The notes below the pieces were generated by a model. It was given only the letters and a program-made list of their open reading frames with translations, did not search any database and was not told the DNA's origin. A program made the position numbers and the translations under genes. A stretch of 63,734 bases of DNA, the filler included, from Methanobacteriota archaeon (GTDB lineage Archaea > JACRDV01): NCBI GenBank assembly GCA_024860865.1. It is 7 parts of 7 records of this genome, joined end to end, with 100 filler letters (N's around TTAATTAATTAA, not from the genome) between each part and the next. Parts side by side here need not be neighbours in the genome. Positions count along the whole stretch, not along the records: positions 45,066 to 57,429 come from JACRDV010000107.1; positions 57,530 to 63,734 come from JACRDV010000111.1; 5 more parts are not named here. One strand, written 5' to 3'. Positions 48,644 to 59,434 of the stretch are shown piece after piece. Positions within the stretch are counted from its first letter, which is position 1; every line of letters begins with the position of its first letter.

Positions 48644-49819
48644 TTATGATTTTTTCACCAGTAAAACTATCAATGCAACATCAATTACGAGAAGCATAGA
48701 TGTTACATAAAATGAAAAGGACATCCCAATGGAATCTGCGATTGCTCCAAGTAAGATTGGTCCGGCTACATATCCAATATCACCAAATACTCGATAGAGC
48801 CCCATTATCGTGCCTCTAACTTCACTTGGTCCAAAATCTGCAGCCATAGTAATTGGAATCGGGTCGGATAAACCAGTTCCTATGCCAATTAAAACTGCTA
48901 CACCTATCAAATTCATAAAGCTATGGCAGAAAGGAATCAAAAAAATTGCCAGAGCATATAACAAAAATCCAGGAATAAAAACAATTTTCCTTCCAAACTT
49001 ATCAGAGAGAATTCCTGAGATTGGTAATAAAAATAAATTGATCAATGTTGCTACAGAAAGGACTATCCCTATCTTGCTAAATGGAAGGTTCATGAACTCC
49101 TTTGCAAACAAAGGTATCATTGTGCTTCGAATGCCAGATCTTGTAAAAAAATTTGCAAAAGAAAGCAGATTTATTACAAATAAATTTTTGTTGAAAAGTA
49201 GTTCTTTAAGCGATTTAAAAATTGATTGAAATTTTAGTGAAGCAATTAACGGACTTTTGATTCGTTCTTTTATTAGAACTAATGAGACAGTTGAACTAGC
49301 AAAAGCTCCAACCGCATAGAAATAAAACGGGGCATTTAATCCATATGATTCTGCAACAATTCCCCCAAGCACTGGTCCGCAGACCATTCCGAGGTGGATT
49401 GAAACTTCATAGAAGCTCAAAACTCGACCAAGTCTACCCTTTGGTGCGAGATCTGCTATGTAAATAGTCGCAGTTATTATAAACAAAGATGAGCCAGTCC
49501 CTTGAACAAGCCTGAGAAAAATTGCTAGTGGATAATATTTTTGCTCAATGGGAGTTATAGCCAAACCAAGTGCAGCCAATGTAACAATTAGTGGACCTGC
49601 TACCAATAGCTTTCTTCGCCCAATTTTATCAGCAAGAAATCCAGCAGGCAAGTCTATGAAAACTCTAGCAATTCCAAAGGCAGAGATCACTAACCCGGCT
49701 GCTGCATAAGAGACTCCAAAAGCCCTAGCATATGGAGATAATATTGGGCCTACCAGTCCAGCGCCTAACATTAAAACAAATATTGTTAAATAACTTACAA
49801 AGAGTAATCTAAGGTTCAA
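48644..49819 (-). CDS. MFS transporter
   Basis: 12 TM helices; G.LADKIGRR and G.LSDKFGRK motifs. Confidence 0.92.
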   Translation of the reverse strand: MNLRLLFVSYLTIFVLMLGAGLVGPILSPYARAFGVSYAAAGLVISAFGIARVFIDLPAGFLADKIGRRKLLVAGPLIVTLAALGLAITPIEQKYYPLAIFLRLVQGTGSSLFIITATIYIADLAPKGRLGRVLSFYEVSIHLGMVCGPVLGGIVAESYGLNAPFYFYAVGAFASSTVSLVLIKERIKSPLIASLKFQSIFKSLKELLFNKNLFVINLLSFANFFTRSGIRSTMIPLFAKEFMNLPFSKIGIVLSVATLINLFLLPISGILSDKFGRKIVFIPGFLLYALAIFLIPFCHSFMNLIGVAVLIGIGTGLSDPIPITMAADFGPSEVRGTIMGLYRVFGDIGYVAGPILLGAIADSIGMSFSFYVTSMLLVIDVALIVLLVKKS

Positions 49820-50280
49820 ATTCCACCAACTAGCTGAACATTTTTTTTAAACTTTTTTCTTATTTTATCTCAAACAAATCATATTCAAGCTTTTTTAAGT
49901 AATCTCTGGTCGAATGTAATTCTCTCTATATTTAAAAGACTAATTTATTACAAAATGGAGCTTAGTACGTTGAAAAAAGGGAACAGGCTGTTAATTACTA
50001 AGATAATTAAAAAGTCTAAAATCATGTTTCTGTTTTTAATATGAGCTCGTTCAGTTTGCTTTCTATTAGAACCAGCCAATATCACCACAATTTGCCCTTG
50101 AGACCAGATATTTGTCTTCAAAGAAACTCCAGGAGGATTTTGAGCACTCAGAATACTGTAGTTCATTTAAAGCACTCATGACTGCAGCTGTTCTACAGGG
50201 CAGAAAAGGAAGTTAAAAATTTTTTAGGTAGCACAAAACTTTAATAAATAATTTATATTAGTGCTACCTAACTTTTTTTC

Positions 50281-51216
50281 ATGGTATATCATGTAGAAAA
50301 AATTATCCGAGGAAAGAAGTACCACTATTTAATAAAGAATATAAGAATAGATGGCAAGTGGAAAAAGTTTAGCTTTTATATCGGAAAGGGAGAATTTTCG
50401 AAGGCTCAAATAGAAACTCTCAAGAAAGACTATTCTAAGATTATTGAGAAAAAGGTAAATAGATACTTACGGTCTGTCGATCCTCTTTTTACTCTACTAA
50501 CAGAGAAACAAATTAAAGAATTAGAAAATATTAGATCAATCTATGTTAAAACTCTTAGAAAAATACCTGCTGCTGCGAAGCGGAAATATTATGAATGGTT
50601 TTTATCGACCTTTACATACGATACCAATGCAATAGAAGGATCTACTCTAACGTTAAGAGAAACTTCTATGATATTGTTTGATAAAATAACGCCACCAGGT
50701 AAAACTTTAAGAGAGATTTATGAGGTAGAGAATCACAAAAAAGCTTTTGATTATATTTTAAATTATAAAGGTAACATCAACAAAAAATTTGTATGCCTAA
50801 TTCATAAATTATTAACGCATAACATATTGGGAAAAGATTCAGGTGTTTTTAGGAAGGTTAAGGTTTTTATTCCTGGAGCAGAAGTAATACCGCCCAAGCC
50901 CGAAAATGTAGAAAATGAATTTAAACAACTTATGGATTGGTATAACAAAAACAAGAAAAAGTATCATCCTATTGTGGTTTCATCTTACATCCATACAGCA
51001 TTTGAAGGCATACACCCTTTTATTGATTTTAACGGGAGGGTAGGCAGGCTATTGCTCAATTTTATTTTGTTAAAAAATAGATTTCCAGCTATTGATATAA
51101 AAAACAAAGAAAAAGCAAGGTATTACGATGCTTTGCAAAGAGCACTAAAAGGTAATTTAAAGCCATTTGTGAATTTGGTTATAAAATACATTAAAGAAAC
51201 CAAGTTGATAAGCTAA
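50281..51216 (+). CDS. Fic-domain protein
   Basis: TNAIEG inhibitory helix and HPFIDFNGRVGR active loop. Confidence 0.9.
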   Translation: MVYHVEKIIRGKKYHYLIKNIRIDGKWKKFSFYIGKGEFSKAQIETLKKDYSKIIEKKVNRYLRSVDPLFTLLTEKQIKELENIRSIYVKTLRKIPAAAKRKYYEWFLSTFTYDTNAIEGSTLTLRETSMILFDKITPPGKTLREIYEVENHKKAFDYILNYKGNINKKFVCLIHKLLTHNILGKDSGVFRKVKVFIPGAEVIPPKPENVENEFKQLMDWYNKNKKKYHPIVVSSYIHTAFEGIHPFIDFNGRVGRLLLNFILLKNRFPAIDIKNKEKARYYDALQRALKGNLKPFVNLVIKYIKETKLIS

Positions 51217-51264
51217 AAATCTAATTTTTTGAATTTTTATTTTATTGAAATTTGATAAATTTTC

Positions 51265-52113
51265 TTATTGTGGATAAATTATACGGAGATTCATATCCAA
51301 GGGCTCTGCAGCAAGTGTAAGATAACTCATTGAAACTATATCAACTCCTGTTTTGGCAAATTCTTCGATGTTTAAAGGAGTAATTTGTCCTGAGGCTTCA
51401 AGCAGGATGCGATTTCTCAATCCAACTTTTTTAAGCTCAGCTATTGTTTCTTTAATTTGAGATGTAGAAAAATTATCAAGCATTACTATATCAACACCCA
51501 ACTGAGCAGCTTTTAGAGCATCGCTTGGATTATTAACTTCAACTTCAATCTTTTTTGTAAAGCTAGCTCTTTCCTTAGCCAATGCTATGGCTTTCTCAAG
51601 GCCACCTGCTAAGGTTAAGTGATTGCTTTTAATTAAAACGGCATCATCAAGGCGATAGCGGTGGGGATCTCCTCCTCCGATTCTAACTGCTTTTTTTTCA
51701 AAATACCTAAAACCAGGAGTTGTTTTTCTAGTTGCAGCAATTTTAATTTTAGGATTAAATTTATGGGCTTTTTCAATGAGAGTTGCAGTAGTTGTGGCAA
51801 TTCCGCTCATCTTCATAAGTAGATTAAGAGCAAGCCGCTCTCCTTGGAGTATGGCTTTAGCAGATCCTTTAAGTTCCATAATAGAGGTGTTTGCTTTCAC
51901 ACGAGTCCCGTCTTTTAAAACATTGATAATTTTAACGCCCAAATCCTCAAAAACTATTTTTGCTTCATTTACACCCGCCAATATACCGTCTTCATTTGTG
52001 ATTATCTTAGCTTCTGCCTCTAGATCTTCAGGCACTAGCATTTCAGTGGTTATATCTTCAAAGCCTAAGTCTTCTAGGAGCAAATCGCGAATTTTTTCTT
52101 TAGTTAGCGGCAT
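51265..52113 (-). CDS. nadC: Quinolinate phosphoribosyltransferase
   Basis: TRKTTPG, HR..LDD, IEVEV and MLDN motifs. Confidence 0.95.
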   Translation of the reverse strand: MPLTKEKIRDLLLEDLGFEDITTEMLVPEDLEAEAKIITNEDGILAGVNEAKIVFEDLGVKIINVLKDGTRVKANTSIMELKGSAKAILQGERLALNLLMKMSGIATTTATLIEKAHKFNPKIKIAATRKTTPGFRYFEKKAVRIGGGDPHRYRLDDAVLIKSNHLTLAGGLEKAIALAKERASFTKKIEVEVNNPSDALKAAQLGVDIVMLDNFSTSQIKETIAELKKVGLRNRILLEASGQITPLNIEEFAKTGVDIVSMSYLTLAAEPLDMNLRIIYPQ

Positions 52114-52180
52114 TGAAACACCGTTAACCTTAATACTGCAGTTTTAATTTAAAAGTGTTATTTATCCATGGTGATTTCCT

Positions 52181-53002
52181 ATGAAAGTTGGATTATTGGG
52201 TTGCGGAGCTATTGGGACCTACTTGGCAAAGGCGATTGAGAACGGATTAGTTGAGAATACAAGTTTAGATATTATACACGATCGCCATATCAAGCGAGCG
52301 CAAAACTTAGCTCAAAAGCTTAAAACTAAACCTAAAATTGCTTTAACTTTTGAAGAAATAATCGATAACAAGGAGATTGAACTAGTAATTGAAGCTGCTT
52401 CGCAAGAAGCAGTCAGAATTTTTGCGCCTGCAATTTTGAAAGCATCTAAAAATTTAATGATAATGAGTGTTGGCGCTCTATTAGATGAAGAACTTTTAAC
52501 AAATCTAAAAAAAATGGCCACTCAACACAATGTTAAAATTTTTTTGCCATCAGGAGCAATTGCGGGTATTGATGCGATTAAAGCTGCTGCGTTAGCAGGA
52601 ATTGATGAAGTTACTTTAACATCTAAAAAACCAATTAAGAGCTTAGCTGATGCACCTTATATAGCCGAGAAAAAAATCGATTTATCTCAATTGAAAGAAC
52701 CAATGCTGGTATTTGAGGGGCCAGCAAATGAAGCAGTAAAATGGTTTCCGGCAAATATTAATGTAGCAGCAACTTTAAGTATAGCTTGCGGTAAACCAGA
52801 AAAAGTTCGAGTAAAAATTGTAGCGGATCCAAAACTTGATCGAATTGTTCATGAAATTAAAATTAAAGGGAAGACAGGTGAACTTCTACTAATATCCGAA
52901 AATATTCCAAGCCCGGATAATCCACGAACAAGTCTATTAGCAGCTCTTTCAGCGGTTGCTACTCTCCAAAAAATAAGCGGGATGATTGTGCTCGGAACTT
53001 AG
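52181..53002 (+). CDS. nadX: L-aspartate dehydrogenase
   Basis: GCGAIG, SGAIAGID, FPANINVAA and NPRTS motifs; located between nadC and nadA. Confidence 0.92.
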   Translation: MKVGLLGCGAIGTYLAKAIENGLVENTSLDIIHDRHIKRAQNLAQKLKTKPKIALTFEEIIDNKEIELVIEAASQEAVRIFAPAILKASKNLMIMSVGALLDEELLTNLKKMATQHNVKIFLPSGAIAGIDAIKAAALAGIDEVTLTSKKPIKSLADAPYIAEKKIDLSQLKEPMLVFEGPANEAVKWFPANINVAATLSIACGKPEKVRVKIVADPKLDRIVHEIKIKGKTGELLLISENIPSPDNPRTSLLAALSAVATLQKISGMIVLGT

Positions 53003-53143
53003 TTTTATTTTTATAATTGTGATTTAGATTCAACTATCTAACTACATTGAATTTGGAATTTTTTATTGCCTTGGAATATTAACTACGGCAAAAGCAGACT
53101 GAAAAATGAAAACTATGCTAATTCAAAAAACAGGTTGCATAAT

Positions 53144-54076
53144 ATGGAACATAAAAAAATCGAACTCATAGAAGAAATAAATAAACTTAGAAAAGAAAAA
53201 AATGCAATTATCTTAGCACATAACTATCAACGACCAGATGTACAAGATATTGCTGATTTTGTCGGCGACTCACTTAACCTTTGCCAAAAAGCCGCTGAGG
53301 CCCAGAATATTAAGATTATTGTATTTGCTGGAGTAGACTTTATGGCTGAAAGTGCAAAGATTCTTAACCCAAATAAACTCGTTCTAATGCCTGATTTAGG
53401 AGCAGTTTGTCCCATGGCTGCTATGGTGCGACCAAAGATGATCCAACGGGCACGCAAAAAATATCCAAACACACCAGTTGTAGCGTATATTAATACCTCA
53501 GCAGAAGTTAAAGCTGAAGCAGATGTAATATGCACTTCAGCTAATTTTGTCAAAATAATCGAAAAATTAGAGGCCAGCCGAATTATCTTTACTCCTGATA
53601 GGAACATGGCTTGGTGGGTTGCCCAAAAGACAAGCAAAGAAATTATTCCTGTGCCGGAGTATGGTCATTGTCCAACACATATGATGATTTTTCCTGATCC
53701 TGTGTTTATAGAGGAAGTCAAAGTAAATGAACCAAGTGCTGAGCTGATTGCTCATCCGGAGTGTATACCTGAAATTTTGGAAATGGCTGATCATGTCTAT
53801 GGAACTGAAGGCATGGTTAAGTATGCTAAGCAAACAAAAGCTAAAAAATTAATTATCGCAACTGAAGTTGGGTTGTTACATCGCTTAAGAAAAGAAGTTC
53901 CTGATAAAGTTTTTACTCCAGCTGATAGTAGCGCTATTTGTCCTCAAATGAAAAAACATACACTGGATAAAATCCTTTATGTACTTAAAACAGAAAGTAA
54001 TGCTGTTGAAGTTAACCCTAAAATTGCTGATCTGGCTCGAAATGCTCTTAAACGCATGTTTGAACTAACACAATAA
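53144..54076 (+). CDS. nadA: Quinolinate synthase
   Basis: LAHNYQ, FMAESAK, CPMA, HPEC and CPQMK motifs. Confidence 0.95.
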   Translation: MEHKKIELIEEINKLRKEKNAIILAHNYQRPDVQDIADFVGDSLNLCQKAAEAQNIKIIVFAGVDFMAESAKILNPNKLVLMPDLGAVCPMAAMVRPKMIQRARKKYPNTPVVAYINTSAEVKAEADVICTSANFVKIIEKLEASRIIFTPDRNMAWWVAQKTSKEIIPVPEYGHCPTHMMIFPDPVFIEEVKVNEPSAELIAHPECIPEILEMADHVYGTEGMVKYAKQTKAKKLIIATEVGLLHRLRKEVPDKVFTPADSSAICPQMKKHTLDKILYVLKTESNAVEVNPKIADLARNALKRMFELTQ

Positions 54077-54199
54077 ATTATAATTTCAGATGCTAAAAAT
54101 CTAAATAAACGTAATCCAGTTGAAAACGAAAAGCAGAAAATAAAAACTATATATTTTGAAACAAGATTCCATTTCCACTAAAATTAAGATTAGAATCAA

Positions 54200-54632
54200 G
54201 GTGCATTCTCTCTATTGGTTCAGTAGTGCTTTATTCCTAGTTTTTATACTGTTATTTTTCGCTTTTGTGGCTTTATTCTATATATTTGGTTTGACTTTCT
54301 CTGTGCTATTGTTGTGCCCTTTTGGAGAATCGACTACTTTCTTAGTAAGAAAAGAAATTATAGCGACGATTTATTCGCGGTTGAAGAAGAGAATACTGGT
54401 TTCGTGCGGTGGAATTAGCCAGTTGTTATCACTCTAATAGCCGGAACAGTATTCTGTGCACTTATAGCCCATAGCCTATGCCTATGGTGTTCCTTGTCTT
54501 AGAAAAGTCACTACGCTGTTCCCACGGCAACCTTCATAATAGCTCTCTATTATCTGTTAGGCAAACGGGCAGGCACCTTAAATAAGAGCTATAAAATCAA
54601 CAATCGCACAATAATTCTCTTGAAGAAGTAGA
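54200..54632 (+). pseudogene. Probable decayed membrane-protein gene
   Basis: Hydrophobic segments in shifting frames: FLVFILLFFAFVALF, PVVITLIAGTVFCALIA and AVPTATFIIALYYLLGK. Confidence 0.35.
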
Positions 54633-55119
54633 AAACAAATTTATTTAAAACCTGAAAGATAAATAAAATAATAATATTGTTTGTTTTTCATTATACATCT
54701 ATTTCTTCTGTTTGTTTATTGCTGCAACTAGATCATAATTTTTATAATTTTAGTTTTTCTTTCATTTTATAATATCAATTTTAAGAAAAATTTGATAAAG
54801 TTGTTTGAAAAATTAGTTTTTCGAATTTATTATTTTTTTATAATTTTCTTTATTAATTCAATTCAAAATTATATTTTATAGCAAATTTAATTAAACAGAC
54901 TAGTGTCGGACGGCATTTCAAAAGAGAATTTTTTTAAATGATGAATGAACTGATATTTGTAATGAAATGAGTTGCTTTAAAATGAAGCTCTCCGCTTTTT
55001 TTGAAGATAAACAGCTAATCAGGTTCATCAAAGGAAAGCAAAGTGAAAAACCTAGAAAATTTTTGACTTTTTACAGGAAAAAAGCTTGTGCATGATAATT
55101 ATTCTAATTGGGTGATTAA

Positions 55120-55377
55120 ATGGTTGAATTAAAGTTTGATCAAGTAGAAATTCCAAGAGAAGTACCCCTTAATCGCCTTTTAAAAAGAGAGGTAAGAGTT
55201 GGGAGTATAACAATCAATGGAGAGCAATTTGTTGTGCTTAAATCTAAACTAAACTTTGGAACTCTGGTCTTTACTCAAAAACAATGGGGTCAACTTTTTA
55301 ATTTTATACAAGTGGAAAACAAGCCAGCTCAAATTCCAAAGACTAAAAATACCTTCTCAGACTTTTTGGAGTTGTAA
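55120..55377 (+). CDS. Hypothetical protein
   Basis: GGTGA RBS plus ATG; tightly coupled to the next ORF. Confidence 0.65.
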   Translation: MVELKFDQVEIPREVPLNRLLKREVRVGSITINGEQFVVLKSKLNFGTLVFTQKQWGQLFNFIQVENKPAQIPKTKNTFSDFLEL

Positions 55378-55379
55378 AT

Positions 55380-55703
55380 ATGACTCTAACACAAAAAGAA
55401 CGGGAGATATTAATCAATTCTATCAGGAGCAATTTATTAGATCTTTCAAAATGTGCTAAAGTTTTAGAAGGACGCAGATTGGCCCGCAATATACAGCTTG
55501 GATTAGAGATTTTGGACGAAGAAGAAAACCTCTCTAAAACGTGGGTTTGGAAAGATATCATTAGAACGTTTTACCAAAGTCTCGAATCTTGTGCGCATAA
55601 ATGCTCACTTTCAATGAAAGAAGCATTTCCAGAGTTATTTGAGCGCAAACGGTCAGAAGAGGTAATCGAGTCAAAAACAGAAGAGCAATATTCAATAATT
55701 TGA
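55380..55703 (+). CDS. Hypothetical helical protein
   Basis: Starts 2 nt after the upstream stop. Confidence 0.65.
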   Translation: MTLTQKEREILINSIRSNLLDLSKCAKVLEGRRLARNIQLGLEILDEEENLSKTWVWKDIIRTFYQSLESCAHKCSLSMKEAFPELFERKRSEEVIESKTEEQYSII

Positions 55704-55743
55704 ACGCCAGCATGTGCTAAAAATTTGTTTAGTTGGTGAAATT

Positions 55744-56145
55744 ATGGATATTGAATTTGCATTGGATGTGAAAGAAAAAATAGAACAAATAGTTGATTTG
55801 TTGGAGTTTAAGCACATAGATACAAAACGCATAGTTTGCATGCGAAGTTATGGCTCTAAATCCTGGGCAAATGCAAGGATTTGGAGTATACCTAGAATTT
55901 GGCAGAAAGCCCTGAATATTCCGCCCCGCTATGTTATTGAAGTGCTGTCTATGCATTTTGATAATCTCAGCGAAACTGACCAAGAAAAAGTTCTAATTCA
56001 CGAGCTTTTGCACATACCAAAAACATTTAGCGGCGCTTTAGTGCCTCATAGATGCTTTGGAAAAAAGATTAGTACAACTGTAATCGAAAAATTTTACAGG
56101 CAGTACAAAGAAAAGTTAGAACAGAATAACGGTCATTTACTGTAA
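55744..56145 (+). CDS. Putative zincin metallopeptidase
   Basis: ARIW, YVIEV and LIHELLHIP motifs; GGTGA RBS. Confidence 0.85.
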   Translation: MDIEFALDVKEKIEQIVDLLEFKHIDTKRIVCMRSYGSKSWANARIWSIPRIWQKALNIPPRYVIEVLSMHFDNLSETDQEKVLIHELLHIPKTFSGALVPHRCFGKKISTTVIEKFYRQYKEKLEQNNGHLL

Positions 56146-56316
56146 ATTTAGGTGGACAATTATGAGATGCATTTGGTGGCGAGGTAGAAACTCAAATTTC
56201 TGCGGTTTGAGCATGGGGATATCAAGTTTCATGAATTGCAATAATGAACTTATGAGGTGTGCTCTCAAAAGATTGAGACCAGAAGTAGTTAAATTGACTT
56301 AGTTTAGTTTATTTTT

Positions 56317-57285
56317 TCAATATATTTTTAATCCAAGCGAAAAAATTAACATATGTTTATTTATCTGCCCAGATTTGTACGTAGCACCCGTTTTTATATC
56401 GTTCAAAATAACTTCAGCTGGAGCAAATAAGCCTGTATCAATTTTGTAGAAATCATATCCGGCATTTTTGAATATTTCTGAAAACGGTTTACCATAATCT
56501 TTAGAAGAAATAGACGGCAGCTTTTTAACGAGCTCTTCAGGATTATCTTTTTCGTTTAATTCAACCGAGTAAAAAGTTCTACTACCATAGAATATCATAT
56601 CATTGGAGGTTCCCATTGCCTTAAAAGGGTCGGGATTAATTGGGGCAATTGGGCAAATTCCAAAGGCATATTTTACTTTTTTCGGGTCAAAATTTAATGT
56701 TTCGCATAGTTTAAACATACCAGTTTCAGTAGCTCTTCCTGCGATTTGAGTTGACCCAACTATGCTTGAGGTTTGTGCAACAATAAGATAGACATTTTCT
56801 GGTTTTACATTGCACTGTGTGGCGATAATCTCTACGACTTTTTCATTTGGCAATTGATTGGTCTCAAGAGCAAGGATAGCAACATCAGCATCGTCTTTAT
56901 AGTCAATTTTATCGAAAGTCTTTTTGGGCTTTAAAGCAAGGGCTCTAGCTGGACCCGAACCAATTGCTGAGAAATTTTCAACTTTTATTTGCCACCCAGC
57001 TTTTTGAGAGCCGAGAAGAGCAATGTCAGGAAAATCTGTATTAACTTCGATTGCAGGTAGGCTAAACTCTCCAAAATTCATTGTAGTTAATCTAGTTTCT
57101 CCTAGCCCGCCCATGCATATCTCTGTAAAAAGTGCTCCAGCTCGGTATCCGCCTTTTGCTTTAATTCCGCAATCAATAACCCATGCTTCATTTTTAAGTT
57201 GGATTGGATTGACATTTAATTCGCTAGAAAAATCTATTAAATCTTCAACGATAGTTTGAGCATTATAGTTAACGCTAACAGTCAT
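56317..57285 (-). CDS. mch: Methenyl-H4MPT cyclohydrolase
   Basis: SVN, EICMGGL, GSQKAGW, GSGPARAL and FYKID..LFAPA motifs. Confidence 0.95.
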   Translation of the reverse strand: MTVSVNYNAQTIVEDLIDFSSELNVNPIQLKNEAWVIDCGIKAKGGYRAGALFTEICMGGLGETRLTTMNFGEFSLPAIEVNTDFPDIALLGSQKAGWQIKVENFSAIGSGPARALALKPKKTFDKIDYKDDADVAILALETNQLPNEKVVEIIATQCNVKPENVYLIVAQTSSIVGSTQIAGRATETGMFKLCETLNFDPKKVKYAFGICPIAPINPDPFKAMGTSNDMIFYGSRTFYSVELNEKDNPEELVKKLPSISSKDYGKPFSEIFKNAGYDFYKIDTGLFAPAEVILNDIKTGATYKSGQINKHMLIFSLGLKIY

Positions 57286-57697
57286 AGCATATCTCCATTT
57301 TTCTTTGTTATTAGCAAATAAATAGGCAGAATTTAAAAGCTTTTTCGAGAGATAAAACGAAAACTTTACTTCAATGTACCCAAATTTCCTTTTAGAAAGC
57401 AATATTTGCGAGGAAACTCTTTGGAAATCNNNNNNNNNNNNNNNNNNNNNNNNNNNNNNNNNNNNNNNNNNNNTTAATTAATTAANNNNNNNNNNNNNNN
57501 NNNNNNNNNNNNNNNNNNNNNNNNNNNNNTCGGGTATGTGCATTTTTATCAGTATTACTTTTTTTAAAAATAATAATACTTAAAACTTCCGAGTTTTAAA
57601 CCATATTTGCTTCTTATATGGGAAGTTCGCTAAAATCCCCTAAAAGAGGAAAAATACAACCGTTAAATTGAATTTTAGTTTTTACCTAATTATAGGC

Positions 57698-58930
57698 ATG
57701 CACGATGTCATAGTTGTTGGAGCTGGTCCCTCTGGATCAACTACTGCATATCTCTGCGCAAAATCAGGCTTTAATGTGCTCCTATTGGATAAAAAATTTC
57801 CAAGAAGAAAAATTTGCGGCGGCAGTATTTCCCCAAAAAGTATCAAATTATTAGAAAAACTCAAATTTAATTTAAATGATGCGCCTAAAAACTGGTTCTC
57901 AAAAATTAAACTATTTTCATATGATGGGTCATCTGCTGATCTTCCTCTCCCAGAGAGCATGAAAGGTTATGTTACAGATAGATTTACCTTTGATGCTGCG
58001 CTGGTTAATGCTGCAATAGATAATGGGACAAATTTTTATTCCAATGCAAAATGTGTTGATGTAATCAAAGAAAATGGATTTATCAAAGGAGTGACTGTCC
58101 GAAGAGATGGAAATCCAGAAACTTTATATGGAAAAATTGTTGTAGCAGCTGATGGAGCAAATTCAATTATTATGTCAAAACTTGGACTGTTAAATCACTC
58201 TCCAGAAACTACCGCAATCTGCATGCGAGCAATATATTCTAATGTTGAAAATCTTTCTGATTCTATAGAATTTCATTGCAATTCCTTTGCTCCAGAGGGC
58301 TTTGGATGGGTTTTCCCGTGCGGAAATGGGCAGGCAAATATAGGAATTGGCGGGTCAGTTGCCAAATATCAGCAAAGGAATTTGTCGATTCCTAAGGCAT
58401 TTGAATGGTTCACTAAAGTATATCCAATTGTTAGCAAATTTTTAAAAGATGCAAAAATAATTGCTGAACCAGCAGGATTTCCCCTTAATTCCAGTATTCC
58501 GCAAAAAACCTATGGAAACGGTTTTATTGCTGTTGGTGAAGCTTCTGGATTTTGCAACTCTCTTTCCGGTGAAGGAATCTATTATGCAATTAAGAGCGGA
58601 GAGCTAGCCGCAAGAACTATTATTGAATCTTTATCCAGTGAGCAATATCCCCATTGTGCTGCTCCAAATAATTTAGATAAATATGAAATCCTTTGGAAAA
58701 AAGAATTTGGGGATGAACTAAAAAGAGCAACGAAGCTAAGAAAGCTAACAAATGAAAATGAAGAGAAAACAAAAATAATAATCGATGCATGTATTAAAAA
58801 TGCCAAGTGGCGAGAATTTGTTACAAATGCTCTTATTGGATTAGTTCCCTACGGTAAAACATTCTATTATATTTTAAAACATCCATCATTTTTGAAATAC
58901 TATTTGCAATTAAAGTTTACAAGTTCTTAA
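57698..58930 (+). CDS. Geranylgeranyl reductase-family flavoprotein
   Basis: VVGAGPSG, FPR.K.CGG, ADGANS, GWVFP and GEGIYYA motifs. Confidence 0.88.
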   Translation: MHDVIVVGAGPSGSTTAYLCAKSGFNVLLLDKKFPRRKICGGSISPKSIKLLEKLKFNLNDAPKNWFSKIKLFSYDGSSADLPLPESMKGYVTDRFTFDAALVNAAIDNGTNFYSNAKCVDVIKENGFIKGVTVRRDGNPETLYGKIVVAADGANSIIMSKLGLLNHSPETTAICMRAIYSNVENLSDSIEFHCNSFAPEGFGWVFPCGNGQANIGIGGSVAKYQQRNLSIPKAFEWFTKVYPIVSKFLKDAKIIAEPAGFPLNSSIPQKTYGNGFIAVGEASGFCNSLSGEGIYYAIKSGELAARTIIESLSSEQYPHCAAPNNLDKYEILWKKEFGDELKRATKLRKLTNENEEKTKIIIDACIKNAKWREFVTNALIGLVPYGKTFYYILKHPSFLKYYLQLKFTSS

Positions 58931-58935
58931 CTTTA

Positions 58936-59379
58936 TCAAATTTTGAACAGTTTTTTCTCTCTCACAGCTAAAACAGGACAAAGACCATATGTAATTACAC
59001 CATCTGCAATGCTACCTAACAACTTTTTTGTCCCAGACCTTCCCTTTGTCCCCATCACTATTAGATCCACATTTTCCTTCTCTGCAACTTCTAGTATCTT
59101 TTCCATAACTGGGCCCTTTTCTATTATTTTCTTAACCTTTACTCCATATTTCTTAGCCTCTTCTTCGATCTTAAAGAGAGGATTTTCTATTGGTTCCTTA
59201 AACTTAAATTCCTCATTCCTCAAATCTAATTCCACTATAGACATTGGAACTTCTGTTACATGTAACGCTACAATTTCTGCCTTCTTTTGTTTGGCTATAT
59301 CAATAGCAGGCTCTATTGCTAATTCAGCTAAAGGAGAACCATCAGTGGGCAAAAGAATCTTTCTTATATCCCATGCCAT
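58936..59379 (-). CDS. Universal stress protein
   Basis: ILLPTDGS and DLIVMG..G....LLGS motifs. Confidence 0.92.
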   Translation of the reverse strand: MAWDIRKILLPTDGSPLAELAIEPAIDIAKQKKAEIVALHVTEVPMSIVELDLRNEEFKFKEPIENPLFKIEEEAKKYGVKVKKIIEKGPVMEKILEVAEKENVDLIVMGTKGRSGTKKLLGSIADGVITYGLCPVLAVREKKLFKI

Positions 59380-59434
59380 TCTTGCACCTCAATTTACACT
59401 AAAAAATCAGAAACTTTTTTATAACTTTAAAAAA

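Noticed and set aside
49948-50166. 72-aa ORF with VVILAGSNRKQTERA resembling the S-layer C-terminal motif
   Set aside because: Possibly a decayed S-layer-like fragment, but too short to support as a feature without a search.
54114-54132. CCAGTTGAAAACG as a fifth operator copy or an ORB near AT-rich DNA
   Set aside because: It lacks the TTCAA half-site and the rest of the cassette; it is a single copy, and a similar string also occurs inside the dapA-like gene.
54524-54562. Hairpin GGCAAC...ATAATAG-CTCT-CTATTAT...GTTAGGC as a second attC
   Set aside because: Only about 40 bp, shorter than known attC sites, and it lies in what reads as a decayed membrane-protein frame.
9674-57529. Six identical TTAATTAATTAA motifs flanked by N runs
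   Set aside because: Artificial all-frame-stop contig linkers, not biological repeats. ORFs that run into X residues are truncation artefacts.
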